Below, one piece after another: positions 29,001-39,199 of a stretch of DNA of 64,000 bases. Source of the stretch: Candidatus Latescibacterota bacterium (GTDB lineage: Bacteria; Latescibacterota; UBA2968; GCA-2709665); NCBI GenBank assembly GCA_965116875.1, contig OZ220733.1:96001-160000 (forward strand), written 5' to 3'. Made by a program: the position numbers and the translations under genes. Under the pieces are notes generated by a model. That model was not told the origin of the DNA. It worked only from the letters and a program-made list of their open reading frames with translations, and ran no database searches. Numbering within the stretch: the first letter of the stretch is position 1; every line of letters starts with the position of its first letter.

Positions 29001-30286
29001 TGCACTGTCACTTGAACAGGTTGCCGGTATTGGGCTGCCGCGTCGCGAGGCGGGGAACCGCTGTGAGACGCCCCGTGAAGAATGAGAACCGGCGGGGAGC
29101 GATTCTCCCTGCCGCCCTGCTGGCCGCATGTACCGTGTTGTTGCCACTCTGTTCCTCTGGAAGCGCGGAAACAACCGAAGCGCCCGTTGCCATTCCCGCG
29201 TGGAGACTCGGCAGCGGCGATTACGTGTCCCTCCGCGACCTGGCCGAGGTCCTGGGCGGCCGACTCCGTCCCATCCCGTCCGCGGGAAAAATCGGTTTGC
29301 GAAAGGGTGGCAATCTGGTCGTTTTCACCCCGTTCTCCTCGGTCGTGACCGTAAACGACGTGGGATACAGGTTGCCGCTGGAAACGCGATATCACGACAC
29401 CGGGGCTCTTTACGTGCCGTCTGAAGCGATCCTGGCGTTGCTGGCGCGAACCTTTCCGGACCTTGCCGGTGTGCAGCCCGTTGAACAACCGGTTTACGCC
29501 GCACGCGCGTCGGTTCGCGAAAAACGGCGGACCGGTCCGGGAATGCATGGACCCGGTCCGAAGGTCGACCCGGATCGCTGGACGATCGACACCGTCATTA
29601 TAGATCCCGGGCATGGCGGCAGGGACCCCGGGGCGACGGGAAAACGGGGCACGAAGGAGAAGGACATCGCACTGAAGGTATCCGTACGTCTCAAGGAGTT
29701 ACTCGAAGAGCGACTCGGCGTACGTGCCGTGCTTACGCGCAATGCGGACACGTTTGTCACGCTTGGACAGCGTGCGCGCATTGCCAGAAAGCGTCAGGGC
29801 AAGCTTTTCGTCAGCATTCACTGCAACGCGAGCAGAAGTCGTCGCGCGCGCGGTTTCGAAGTCTACTTCCTCTCCGAAGCCAGGACGGAAGAAGCCGCCG
29901 AAGTGGCAAGGCGGGAGAACGCCGTACTCGACCTGGAGGAGCCGGACGAATCTGCTGACATGGATGAAATCGAAGGCATCAGGTTCGGCCTGCTTTCCAC
30001 GCAGTTTCTGAAAGAAAGCCAGGACCTGGCGGCCGATATACGCGCAGAGGTGGTCGGAAGCCTGGGTCCGTTGCCCGATCGCGGGGTTCGACAGGCGAAC
30101 TTCTACGTAATGAGAGGCACGATGGGACACATGCCTTCGGTCCTGGTGGAAATGGGCTTTGTCTCCAATCCGTCCGAAGAGATTCAGATGCGAAAGCGTG
30201 CGTATCAGCGTAAAATGGCCGAGGCGATTTTCAACGGGATTCGTAAATTCAAACACCGATATGAACAACAACTCACCAGGAACTGA
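29000..30286 (+). CDS. N-acetylmuramoyl-L-alanine amidase (Amidase_3)
   Basis: IIDPGHGGRDPG, EKD, FVSIHCN, SVLVEMGFVSN. The true start may be a GTG slightly downstream. Confidence 0.93.
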   Translation: MHCHLNRLPVLGCRVARRGTAVRRPVKNENRRGAILPAALLAACTVLLPLCSSGSAETTEAPVAIPAWRLGSGDYVSLRDLAEVLGGRLRPIPSAGKIGLRKGGNLVVFTPFSSVVTVNDVGYRLPLETRYHDTGALYVPSEAILALLARTFPDLAGVQPVEQPVYAARASVREKRRTGPGMHGPGPKVDPDRWTIDTVIIDPGHGGRDPGATGKRGTKEKDIALKVSVRLKELLEERLGVRAVLTRNADTFVTLGQRARIARKRQGKLFVSIHCNASRSRRARGFEVYFLSEARTEEAAEVARRENAVLDLEEPDESADMDEIEGIRFGLLSTQFLKESQDLAADIRAEVVGSLGPLPDRGVRQANFYVMRGTMGHMPSVLVEMGFVSNPSEEIQMRKRAYQRKMAEAIFNGIRKFKHRYEQQLTRN

Positions 30287-31154
30287 TCCGTCCCCCGGGA
30301 TCGACCTTCCCGGCAGCGATCCGGGATACTTTTATGATCCCCAGGTCACGGCCGGCCTGCACGGCGAAATCAGACTCTCCCCAAGGGTCGAAACGCACTG
30401 CAGGTGCGGCGGCAGGCTGCCGTACCAGGTTTTTGAACGGCCGGATGCTGAACCGACCTGGTGTCCATGCAGGCGTTACCGTTTGAAGATTCAGGAGATC
30501 AACCGGCTCATCGGGAACTCCGGCATCCCCGATCCGTTTCGATACAGATTCCTGGACGATTTCTACGAGACGTACGATGGAACACCGATCAGGGGCGCGG
30601 ACCAGCTCAAACGCCATCTGCGTACCCTGATCGAACGATCCCGAAAACTGAATACCCGGCCGGACACCGGCGCACACGCGACTGGCTTCCAACCGATCAG
30701 AGGGTACTTTCTGACGGGAACACCCGGCGTGGGAAAAACCTACTTTTCCTATGTCGCGCTCAACGAACTGATTTTTCATACGGGAAGGCCGGGGAAATTC
30801 ATCAGCTTGTCGAAAGCGTTCTTCCAGAGACTGAGATTCGCGTTTGACGAAAAGAGTCCCATGCACGGCAAGTCGGAAACATTCCTCCGCACGCTCGGTA
30901 ACGTCCCGTTTCTGGTCATCGACGACTTCGGCGTGCAGCGGAACACGGAGTGGGAGCTGGAAATGCTCTACAACCTGGTGGATACACGCTATGCCAATCG
31001 ACGATTCACGATTGTAACCACAAACCAGGACATCGAAAACGCAAAGGGTCTGGCGGACGGCAGGCTCTATTCGAGATTCATCGAAATGTGTTATGTCATC
31101 CGCATTCAAGCATCGGACTACCGGGAGCGCGCACGTAAGGTATACGAGATATGA
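30261..31154 (+). CDS. DnaC/DnaI/IstB-like AAA+ ATPase
   Basis: Cys motifs (CRCGG...CPCR), Walker A GTPGVGKT, Walker B LVIDDFG, TIVTTN, RLYSRFIEMC. Confidence 0.85.
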   Translation: MNNNSPGTDPSPGIDLPGSDPGYFYDPQVTAGLHGEIRLSPRVETHCRCGGRLPYQVFERPDAEPTWCPCRRYRLKIQEINRLIGNSGIPDPFRYRFLDDFYETYDGTPIRGADQLKRHLRTLIERSRKLNTRPDTGAHATGFQPIRGYFLTGTPGVGKTYFSYVALNELIFHTGRPGKFISLSKAFFQRLRFAFDEKSPMHGKSETFLRTLGNVPFLVIDDFGVQRNTEWELEMLYNLVDTRYANRRFTIVTTNQDIENAKGLADGRLYSRFIEMCYVIRIQASDYRERARKVYEI

Positions 31155-31230
31155 GACCGCTCTCGAGTGAGGGCGGGCACTTCAACCACGGACCTGTTCC
31201 GCACGATCGATCGTGAATTTCAGGTTTGCC

Positions 31231-31821
31231 ATGCCCGTTTTGGTGGTCGCTACAAAAAATCCCGGCAAGCTCAGAGAGATCCGGGAGATTCTCGGGTCGG
31301 AAGTCAGGCTGCTTTCTCCGGCCGACTTCCCTGACGTCGGGGATATTGTGGAGGACGGCAGGACGTTCGAGGCCAACGCAATCAAGAAAGCGCTTGCCGT
31401 TGCATACCATACCGGTCACGTATCCCTCGCAGACGACTCCGGCCTGGAGGTGGACGCGCTCGACGGAGCGCCGGGAGTTTATTCCGCACGATTCGCGGGC
31501 GAAAAGGCCACCGACGAGCAGAACAACCGCAAGCTGCTCCGGCTCCTCGAAGACACCCCCGACGAACAACGTACAGCGCGTTTCCGCTGCGTGATTGCCG
31601 TAGGCAAGCCCGACGGTACCGTTCAGACGGCGCAGGGCACGGCCGAGGGAAGAATTCTGCACGGCCCGCGGGGAACCGGTGGATTCGGGTACGATCCCCT
31701 GTTCCTGGTTTCAGGCGAACGGCGGACGTTTGCGGAACTGCAGGCCGAAGAAAAAAACAGGCTCAGCCACCGTGGAAAAGCCCTGCAGTCCGCGTTCCCG
31801 ATGCTGAGCCGATTTCTCTGA
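31231..31821 (+). CDS. rdgB: Non-canonical purine NTP pyrophosphatase (RdgB/HAM1)
   Basis: ATKNPGK, ADDSGLEVDALDGAPGVYSARF, GFGYDPLF, SHRGKA. Confidence 0.96.
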   Translation: MPVLVVATKNPGKLREIREILGSEVRLLSPADFPDVGDIVEDGRTFEANAIKKALAVAYHTGHVSLADDSGLEVDALDGAPGVYSARFAGEKATDEQNNRKLLRLLEDTPDEQRTARFRCVIAVGKPDGTVQTAQGTAEGRILHGPRGTGGFGYDPLFLVSGERRTFAELQAEEKNRLSHRGKALQSAFPMLSRFL

Positions 31822-31870
31822 ATCGGGTATTTGAGTTGGAATGCGCGGCGTCCTGCGTGCGTCCCGTCGA

Positions 31871-32086
31871 TCAGTCCGATCCGGAACCGTCCACCTTCGG
31901 ACGGCGCTGGTAACGCCTCACCCGCCGCACGAAGATCCAGACCAGACCCGCCACAGCAAGATATTTCAACACCTCCCACACCCACCCCTCCCATCCCAGG
32001 ATTACGGGCCAGAGCGCGAATATGGAGAGCAGAATGAACAAGTCCTCAAGCGCCACCCAGATGCGGCGTTCATCGCCTTTCGACAT
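31871..32086 (-). CDS. Small two-TM hypothetical membrane protein (71 aa)
   Basis: GGAGG RBS, two hydrophobic segments and a basic tail. Directly downstream of slt. Confidence 0.65.
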   Translation of the reverse strand: MSKGDERRIWVALEDLFILLSIFALWPVILGWEGWVWEVLKYLAVAGLVWIFVRRVRRYQRRPKVDGSGSD

Positions 32087-32134
32087 GGTGTAACCTCCGA
32101 TGGTTCCGGCGTGGCGCCAGGAAATCGTAACGCA

Positions 32135-34321
32135 CTACCCCCCCACGTCCGTCGCCTGCTCCAGATACGAATAAACCTGATAATTCCGATACACCAGCTT
32201 GACGTAATTGCGCGTCTCCCGGTACGGTATGCTCTCGACAAACTCGTCCACGTCGTCCGCCGGGAGCCGACCGGCCCACTTCCGCGCCACATCCAGTCCC
32301 GCGTTGTAAGCCGACAGGGCCAGGCCGAGCCTCCGGTCCCTGCTGTTTCTGAAATACCGGAAATGATCGGCAAGGTGCCTGGCCCCAAGCCGAATGGACG
32401 TGTCCGGATCCCACAGGTCTTCCGCAGAGTACCCCCTGAGACCCAGTTTTCGCGCGACCTGACGCCCCGTTGCCGGCATCACCTGCATCAGCCCGCGGGC
32501 TCCCGCTCTGGACAATGCCGTTTCATCGAATGCACTCTCCTGGCGTATGATCGCGAGTACCAGATTGGGATCCAACCCGAGGCCCCCGGCGGCCCGGCTC
32601 ACTTCACCCCAGTAGTAAACGGGATACAGCCTGCGAAACGAAACGAGTGAAATCGGCGTTCCCCGTTCGCGTTCCAGATTGACGATCCGTCCGGAGATCC
32701 GGAATGCCTGATTCATCGCGCCAATACGTTCAAATCGCCGCTGCAGTTCACTCAGCGCGTGAATCTCGTTTCTGTGGGCCCAACCCGCGTGTCTGTATTC
32801 CCGTTCGGATTCCTCGTAAAGCCCCAGGTCCGCCAGCCTGTCTCCTTTCAACAGAAACGGCGACGGTTCATACATCGGCAACCGCTCGTTCGCTCCGGGA
32901 GACGCCGGAACCCGATGACGGGCCCGGTCCTTCAACTGCAGAACCGCACGGGCCCGGGAAGCGTAGTACGAGGTTGGAAACCCGGCCGCCGCACGCCGCA
33001 GCCATCTGGCGCCCAGCTCCGGACGTCCGGCCCGTCCGTAGGACTTTCCTGCCCAGTAGGCGCCCTGGTCCCGCATGTAATTCTCCGACGTCCGCTCCGC
33101 CAACCGCACAAAGATCCGCGCCGCCTCTTCGAAGCGCCCCAGACGATAGAGCGCATAGCCCGCCCGCCACCCGGCACGGTCCGCAAGACTGCTTTTGGGG
33201 TACCGGGCGGCAAGACTCAGAAACACTTCTCGCGCCTTTGCTCGCCTCCCCCTGCGCTCATAGGCCATTGCCGCCTGCCAGAGCGCTTCGGCAGCACCGG
33301 GTACCGCGGGATACCGGCGCGCGAAGGATCGGAATTGCCCGGCCGCCCTGATATCCTGCCCCAGTTTCACGGAACAGCGACCCAGAAAGAACAGTGCTTT
33401 CGGCACACGGAACCGCCGGTGGGCTTCCTCAAATGCCCGCCGGGCGGCATGGTAGTCCCTCTGTCTGAAGTGTGCAAGCCCAAGTTCCTGCTGAGCCCGA
33501 CCGCGCCAGCCGGACTGACGGGACTGCCTGACAATCTGCCGGAACAGTCCCACGGCCTCCTGAAAACGCCCATGGCTCGAATACGCGACGGCCCCGTAAA
33601 ACCGTTCCTGCACCGTATCCAGTCGCCCGAGCGAATCCAGCTCGGACAGCGACTCCGGCGACTCCGGATGGTCGCGCACCACCCGCAGCCGGATTCGCCG
33701 GGCCTCAGTGGAATCTCCGGAAACGTCCAGCGCGGCCGCAAGGCCCGCCAGCGCTCGCACCTTCCGCGCGCTCCCGTCGGGCAACCGGCGGTACATCAGC
33801 GCCGCCGCCCGCGCGTCTCCCTCCTGCAGGTGGAGTCCGGCGGCAACGAGCGCCGCGTCCTCCATCAGGCGCCCCGATGGCCGTGTATCGACAACGCGTT
33901 CGAAGTACACAAGGGCGCTGTCGGCCCGGCCCAGCTCCCTGTGACATTCACCCTGCCAGAAATCCATGTAGTCGCCAATGGCCTCCGACGCCGCGTCCAC
34001 GGCACGAAATCCGGTCAACGCGTCTTCAAAGCGTCCCATCGCCTTCAGGCACAGCGCCCGCTGAAGTCGCGACCTGCGAACCGCCCATTCGTCCATCCCG
34101 GTCAGGTCCACTTCGGACAGGACTTGCAACGCGTTCCGGTACGCGGCACGGGAAATCAGGGCCTCGGCCCGCCCCAGTTGATCCAGCCGTTCGCCTCTGC
34201 CCAGCCGCTCCGGCAGCGCCAGGGCAGCCGCCGTAACGAGCGCCAGGGCCATTCCGGAAAGCCAGACGTCCCTGAGCGTAAACCCGGCCCGGCCGCTCCC
34301 GGTCTCTGGATTGGACTTCAT
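32135..34321 (-). CDS. slt: Soluble lytic transglycosylase with TPR repeats
   Basis: IIRQES, GARGLMQVMP, AYNAG, ETRNYV. N-terminal signal/TM segment and many TPR helices. Confidence 0.9.
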   Translation of the reverse strand: MKSNPETGSGRAGFTLRDVWLSGMALALVTAAALALPERLGRGERLDQLGRAEALISRAAYRNALQVLSEVDLTGMDEWAVRRSRLQRALCLKAMGRFEDALTGFRAVDAASEAIGDYMDFWQGECHRELGRADSALVYFERVVDTRPSGRLMEDAALVAAGLHLQEGDARAAALMYRRLPDGSARKVRALAGLAAALDVSGDSTEARRIRLRVVRDHPESPESLSELDSLGRLDTVQERFYGAVAYSSHGRFQEAVGLFRQIVRQSRQSGWRGRAQQELGLAHFRQRDYHAARRAFEEAHRRFRVPKALFFLGRCSVKLGQDIRAAGQFRSFARRYPAVPGAAEALWQAAMAYERRGRRAKAREVFLSLAARYPKSSLADRAGWRAGYALYRLGRFEEAARIFVRLAERTSENYMRDQGAYWAGKSYGRAGRPELGARWLRRAAAGFPTSYYASRARAVLQLKDRARHRVPASPGANERLPMYEPSPFLLKGDRLADLGLYEESEREYRHAGWAHRNEIHALSELQRRFERIGAMNQAFRISGRIVNLERERGTPISLVSFRRLYPVYYWGEVSRAAGGLGLDPNLVLAIIRQESAFDETALSRAGARGLMQVMPATGRQVARKLGLRGYSAEDLWDPDTSIRLGARHLADHFRYFRNSRDRRLGLALSAYNAGLDVARKWAGRLPADDVDEFVESIPYRETRNYVKLVYRNYQVYSYLEQATDVGG

Positions 34322-34380
34322 GGCGGATAAACGATGGATGTCATCTGAAGTGAGGTTGAAGGTATCCCGTGCCTGCGCCG

Positions 34381-35853
34381 TTACCTGAAGAACGGCTTAA
34401 AGTCCTCTATAACGGCCAGGACGCCAAAGTACGTGAATACGAAGCCGCACAGAATGTTGAGCGTAACGAGCAAGGGACCCATCCTGAACGGTCGGGGAAG
34501 ATATCTGCGATCGGTCCATACCATGGCAAAGCACCAGGGCCCGGCCAGCAGGACCCCGGTGACGTGGAGCGGGATGGTCATCATCGAAATCGGGTTCCAT
34601 CCCACGCCGCGGGGATCCAGGACTGCCGTCCACCAGGCGTAGATGACGAGCCCGATTGCCGCAACGCCCGAATAGCAGAGCGTCCACAGTCGCATCTTCC
34701 CCAGGGTGAGGTCCCGCCATTGCAGCCGTGTGGATCGAACGCATTCGTGTGCCGTCCGCACGTAGAGTTCGAACGCACCGTAGACCGTACCGAATATCGC
34801 GAAGAAAACGCCGGCCTTGTAAAGCGCCGACAAGAGGATCTGCGCCGTCTGGCCGGGATGAAGCTGCGTGAGGAAAACCACCTGATAGTTGTAGAGATCC
34901 ATTCCCGACGGGACAATGCGATTCGTGTGCAGCAGCGTTGCCCCGAGGATGAGAAACGTCGCGGTGAACACCAGCACACTGCCGAACGATACCGTACAGT
35001 CGATAAGCGGCGCCTTCAGCCACCTGAGCCCCAGCCGGACGTTGCCTTCATCCTCGGCCAGCATCGGACTTCGGCTTCCACCCGTCACCCTTCCGATCAA
35101 ACCCCAGGCCTTTTCTCTCATCATGCCCACGTAACCCACGTAGTCCTGTACGCCGCCGCCCATGACTCCCATATATGCGACCATTTCCACGATCAGCGTA
35201 CGGTCGGCAAATGCCGGGTTCGACCTGACCCACTGCGGGTAATCCGGCAGGGCAGGCGTTATTGCGCCGGCAAGTACAGACAGCCAGTCCGGACTGACGG
35301 CAAACGTCGCGATCAGCATGACCACCAGCATCGAGCCGACGAGCGTCAACTGAACCCGTTCCAGAAACCCGTAACTCTGCATCAGGGTCAACACCGCAAG
35401 CAGCACAATGAACAGGATCGCGATGGCATGGGGAACCACTCCCGGGTCGCCGAACAGTACCCACGACGTGATCGTGCCGAGCATGATCGGGAGGCTCGCC
35501 AGATAGAACGGGAATGCCACGATAACCACGACCCCGATGATGCCCGGAAACAGCCCGCGCGGCCCCGGCAAGGCCGCCCACCGTTCCATCGGATGTTCGC
35601 CGGTGAGTGTCATGTACCGCGCCGCGGTGTAGACCTGCACCCCCTTCGTGAGACAGAAGAGACTGAACGCCCAGAACATCGCATAGCCGAATATCGCACC
35701 GCTGCGCGATGCCCACACCGTCTCCCCGCTCCCGATTGTCACCGACGCGATAACGGCGCCGGGCCCGAAGAACTTCAGGAAGTCCATCACCCGCCGCGAG
35801 CTCAGCTCGGGCGCCAGTTCAGGAAATCGCTGCTTCTGTTCATCCGGAGTCAT
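34381..35853 (-). CDS. Nramp-like (APC superfamily) transporter
   Basis: FGPGAVIASVTIGSGE, GAIFGYAMFW, ARYMTLTGE and ~11 hydrophobic segments. Confidence 0.8.
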   Translation of the reverse strand: MTPDEQKQRFPELAPELSSRRVMDFLKFFGPGAVIASVTIGSGETVWASRSGAIFGYAMFWAFSLFCLTKGVQVYTAARYMTLTGEHPMERWAALPGPRGLFPGIIGVVVIVAFPFYLASLPIMLGTITSWVLFGDPGVVPHAIAILFIVLLAVLTLMQSYGFLERVQLTLVGSMLVVMLIATFAVSPDWLSVLAGAITPALPDYPQWVRSNPAFADRTLIVEMVAYMGVMGGGVQDYVGYVGMMREKAWGLIGRVTGGSRSPMLAEDEGNVRLGLRWLKAPLIDCTVSFGSVLVFTATFLILGATLLHTNRIVPSGMDLYNYQVVFLTQLHPGQTAQILLSALYKAGVFFAIFGTVYGAFELYVRTAHECVRSTRLQWRDLTLGKMRLWTLCYSGVAAIGLVIYAWWTAVLDPRGVGWNPISMMTIPLHVTGVLLAGPWCFAMVWTDRRYLPRPFRMGPLLVTLNILCGFVFTYFGVLAVIEDFKPFFR

Positions 35854-35917
35854 GAGATCCCCCACGACCGCACAAATGCGCGCGACCGCAGACGCACGCG
35901 GCCGAATCAGAAACGGT

Positions 35918-36883
35918 CTACCTGACTGCGAACGGATTTCCCGGCGACCCGGTGGCGCCCTTCAGCCGCAGAGGCGCAAAGACGAACGCGAACTCGTATG
36001 CTTCGTCCGCCGCCAGACCGTCCAGGTCCAGGTTCTCCAGGATATAGACCCCGTTGCGCTGGATCAACAACTCGTGGACCCGGAACGCGCCTTCCGCGTC
36101 CTCACCGGGCACGGCCTCGACCGCCCATGTATCGGCGCCGACCATGACGATCTTCCTTTCAAGCAGCCACCGCGCGGCCTCCAGCCCGATACCCGGCTGG
36201 CCCGAGTTATAGGTCTCGTTATCCACCATCCACAATCTTCCGTGGCCTGTGCGGATCAGCACGATGTCGCCTTCCGTGACCGCGACCGCCTGCCTTTTCA
36301 ATGCCCCCTCGATATCGGCCGCGGTAATCACATAACCCACCTCCAGCCGTTCCAGCCCCTTGAACTTCGCCACGTCCACCAGCACGCCACGGGTAAAAAT
36401 CACTCCGACGTTTTCGATCCCGAGTTTCTCGAGTCCGTACGCCGTCCCTATCTGAGACCGTGTAAATCCATTGTAAAAGATGTCCTGGTCGCCCTTGCGC
36501 GTACCGATATGACCCAATCCGTCGAACTGCGTCCCCACCTGTCCGATCTCGCCGCTGAACATCTCGTCGTACCAGATCAGCCGGTTCTCACCCACGGGGC
36601 CGCCGGTTGGCGAACCGGGAATGGTCAGACTGTAGTGACGGTTGCCGAAAAGCGGAATGCCCGGTTCGTACACCCGTCCGAGCTGGTAGGTCTTGCCCGT
36701 CCGGATCAATTTCGCGGCCGCCATGACCTTCTGCGGCGTCAGCCGGTTTGCCGCTCCCCGCTGATCTTCCGGGCCCCACTCCGAGGGCCACCATCCGTCT
36801 CCTTCGGCCGCTTTCTCCGCAAGGGCCGGAGGGATTGCAATCAGGCATCCCGCAACCACCACACACAGAAATCGATTTCGCAT
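35918..36883 (-). CDS. Exported cyclase (kynurenine formamidase-like) family protein
   Basis: Signal peptide (..ALA-EK), WGPEDQRGAAN, GTQFDGLGH, TRGVLVD, GDIVLIRTG, GATGSPGNP. Confidence 0.88.
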   Translation of the reverse strand: MRNRFLCVVVAGCLIAIPPALAEKAAEGDGWWPSEWGPEDQRGAANRLTPQKVMAAAKLIRTGKTYQLGRVYEPGIPLFGNRHYSLTIPGSPTGGPVGENRLIWYDEMFSGEIGQVGTQFDGLGHIGTRKGDQDIFYNGFTRSQIGTAYGLEKLGIENVGVIFTRGVLVDVAKFKGLERLEVGYVITAADIEGALKRQAVAVTEGDIVLIRTGHGRLWMVDNETYNSGQPGIGLEAARWLLERKIVMVGADTWAVEAVPGEDAEGAFRVHELLIQRNGVYILENLDLDGLAADEAYEFAFVFAPLRLKGATGSPGNPFAVR

Positions 36884-37194
36884 ACCCGCCTCCTTGATGG
36901 CGTAGCAGTCCGTTGATAAAGTCGCTCTGCAGGCCTGCCAGTGAAGTCCTGGCAGGCAGGTAGCCCGGATCGACTTTTCCAACGGGCTGGCAGGGTTGAA
37001 ACGGTATCGGCGCAGAACGGAATTATGATAATATCCCCAATGACCAAAGGCAAGCGCGGAATGCGTATATCGACCCGTCGAACAGAAGCCTGTTGCGCCC
37101 GAAACGGGCGCATGCTATCTTGGACGCCGCCCTGAACGCGTCCATGGAAGCGGAGCGCCGATTCCCCAGTCCCGATCATTTGAGAGGCCTGCCG

Positions 37195-38214
37195 ATGAAG
37201 ACCGGAAGACTCGGCCGAACCGGACTCGAAGTCCCCATCGTGGGCCTGGGCACAGGCTTTATCGGCATTGCTGACGCCAACCGCGCGGCAACCGAATACG
37301 ATTTCATGGAATCAGGGACCGCGGATCGGCCCACGTCCGCCGGCGTAGACGCCGTGCGATCCAGCCATATGGAGGTCGAACTGGGAATCGCAACGGTGCA
37401 TGCGGCGATCGAAGCGGGTTCCACCCTCATCGATACCGCTCCGCTGTACGGATCGGGCAACAGCGAATCCATTATCGGCGAGGCCCTGCGGCAGCGTCCC
37501 GACCTCGCGGAACGGTGTACGGTCACCACGAAAGTCGGGCAGACGGCCGCGGGTCTTGACCATTCCTATGACGCCGTCATGCGGCAGGTGGAGGAGAGCC
37601 GGCGGCGTCTGGGAATCGACGCCTTCGACGTTCTCTATATCCACGATGCCATGGACGTTCCTGTGGAAAGCGTCATGGGAAAGGACCGTGCGCTCGGCGC
37701 CCTCCGAAAACTCCAGGACACGGGCGTCACGCGTTTTGTCGGGACCGCCACCAACGACCCGCATATCAACGCCTGGTACATTGAAACCGGGGAATTCGAT
37801 GCCGCCGTGGTTCCCGATGCGCTCAGCCTGATCAATCAGCTTGCGGAAGACCGGATCCTGCCGGCGGCGATTCAACACGACGTGGGCCTTGTGATTGCCA
37901 CGCCGGTTGAACGGGGACTGCTCGCCACGGGCCCCGTGGACGGCATCAACTACCTCGCACGCAGTTTCAGCCCGACCTGCCTGGACCACGTCGCAAGAAT
38001 CCAGGATCTTTGCGAGGACCACGGCGTGCCGTTGATTGCCGCGGCTCTGCAATGGTGCACGCGTCATCCCCAGGTGGCCGCCTCCATACCCGGCGCCCGC
38101 GTACCGGCGGAAGCCCGGGCCAACGCCAAAGCGGGCGACGTTGATATACCGGAGGCATTCTGGGATGAACTCGCCCCCCTCATCCGCCACTTCGAAGCCG
38201 ACGTGGACCGGTGA
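37195..38214 (+). CDS. Aldo/keto reductase
   Basis: LGRTGLEV..VGLG, IDTAPLYG, TTKVG, YIHD, AALQW..RHP. Confidence 0.92.
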   Translation: MKTGRLGRTGLEVPIVGLGTGFIGIADANRAATEYDFMESGTADRPTSAGVDAVRSSHMEVELGIATVHAAIEAGSTLIDTAPLYGSGNSESIIGEALRQRPDLAERCTVTTKVGQTAAGLDHSYDAVMRQVEESRRRLGIDAFDVLYIHDAMDVPVESVMGKDRALGALRKLQDTGVTRFVGTATNDPHINAWYIETGEFDAAVVPDALSLINQLAEDRILPAAIQHDVGLVIATPVERGLLATGPVDGINYLARSFSPTCLDHVARIQDLCEDHGVPLIAAALQWCTRHPQVAASIPGARVPAEARANAKAGDVDIPEAFWDELAPLIRHFEADVDR

Positions 38215-38240
38215 AACCCGAATACACGGAGTTCCGTTTC

Positions 38241-39131
38241 ATGTCTCTGAAACTGACCCTTCTTGGCACAGGAACCCCGACCCCGCTCGCGCATCGCGCG
38301 GGCTCCGGCTATCTCGTGACGTTCGACGATGAAGTCCTGCTTTTCGACTGCGGTCCGGGTATTGCGAGACGCCTCCTCGAAGCGGGGACGCCGCCCGAAG
38401 CGCTGACGCGTCTCTTTCTTACCCACCTCCACTACGACCATAGCGTGGACTACGCGTGTATCGTGCTCACGCGGTGGGACCAGGGCGCGGGTAAGATCCC
38501 CGAACTCCACGTCTACGGACCTGCCCCGCTGACACGCATGACGGAAAGGCTCCTGGGCAGCAGCGGCGCCTTCGGGCCGGACCTCGAGGCGAGAACCCGG
38601 CATCCGGGAAGCGAATTCGTCTACGAACGACGGGGCGGCATCCTTCCCCGGAAACGGCCCGAACCCGTTGTCGCCGAAGTGGCGGACGGATCGAGCATTC
38701 AGGTGGGGAACTGGCGGGTCGAAACCGCTGAGGTCGTGCATGTTCAACCGCAGCTCACGTGCCTGGCCTACCGGCTGGAGACCCCGTACGGGACGGTCGT
38801 CTTCGGCGGAGATACTGCGCCCACGAGCCGCCTTACCGACCTTGCGGGGGGCGCGGACGTGCTCATCCATATGTGCCACCTGATCAACGACGTGGAACTG
38901 GACCCGCGCATCACGGGCTGCTGCTCCGGACACCTGGACGCCGCGCGGACCGCTCGCGATGCGGACGTCGGCACGCTCGTCCTGACCCACGTTACCGAAC
39001 AGCTGGAGCCGCCCGGCGTCCGGGAACGCCTCGTGGCCGAGGCCGCGCGCATTTTCAAAGGGCAGATCGTCTTCGCGGAGGACCTCACGGAAGTTCCCGT
39101 GGGTCCCATCGATCCGGAGCCCATCCGGTAG
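38241..39131 (+). CDS. MBL-fold metallo-hydrolase (RNase Z/arylsulfatase-like)
   Basis: LLGTGTP, FDCG, THLHYDH, GDT, LVLTH. Confidence 0.88.
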   Translation: MSLKLTLLGTGTPTPLAHRAGSGYLVTFDDEVLLFDCGPGIARRLLEAGTPPEALTRLFLTHLHYDHSVDYACIVLTRWDQGAGKIPELHVYGPAPLTRMTERLLGSSGAFGPDLEARTRHPGSEFVYERRGGILPRKRPEPVVAEVADGSSIQVGNWRVETAEVVHVQPQLTCLAYRLETPYGTVVFGGDTAPTSRLTDLAGGADVLIHMCHLINDVELDPRITGCCSGHLDAARTARDADVGTLVLTHVTEQLEPPGVRERLVAEAARIFKGQIVFAEDLTEVPVGPIDPEPIR

Positions 39132-39199
39132 CCGGTGCGGCACCGGCCGCGCCCGTACCGCATTCATTCCCAATGACTTGAACTACCGGGAGTTTTCAC

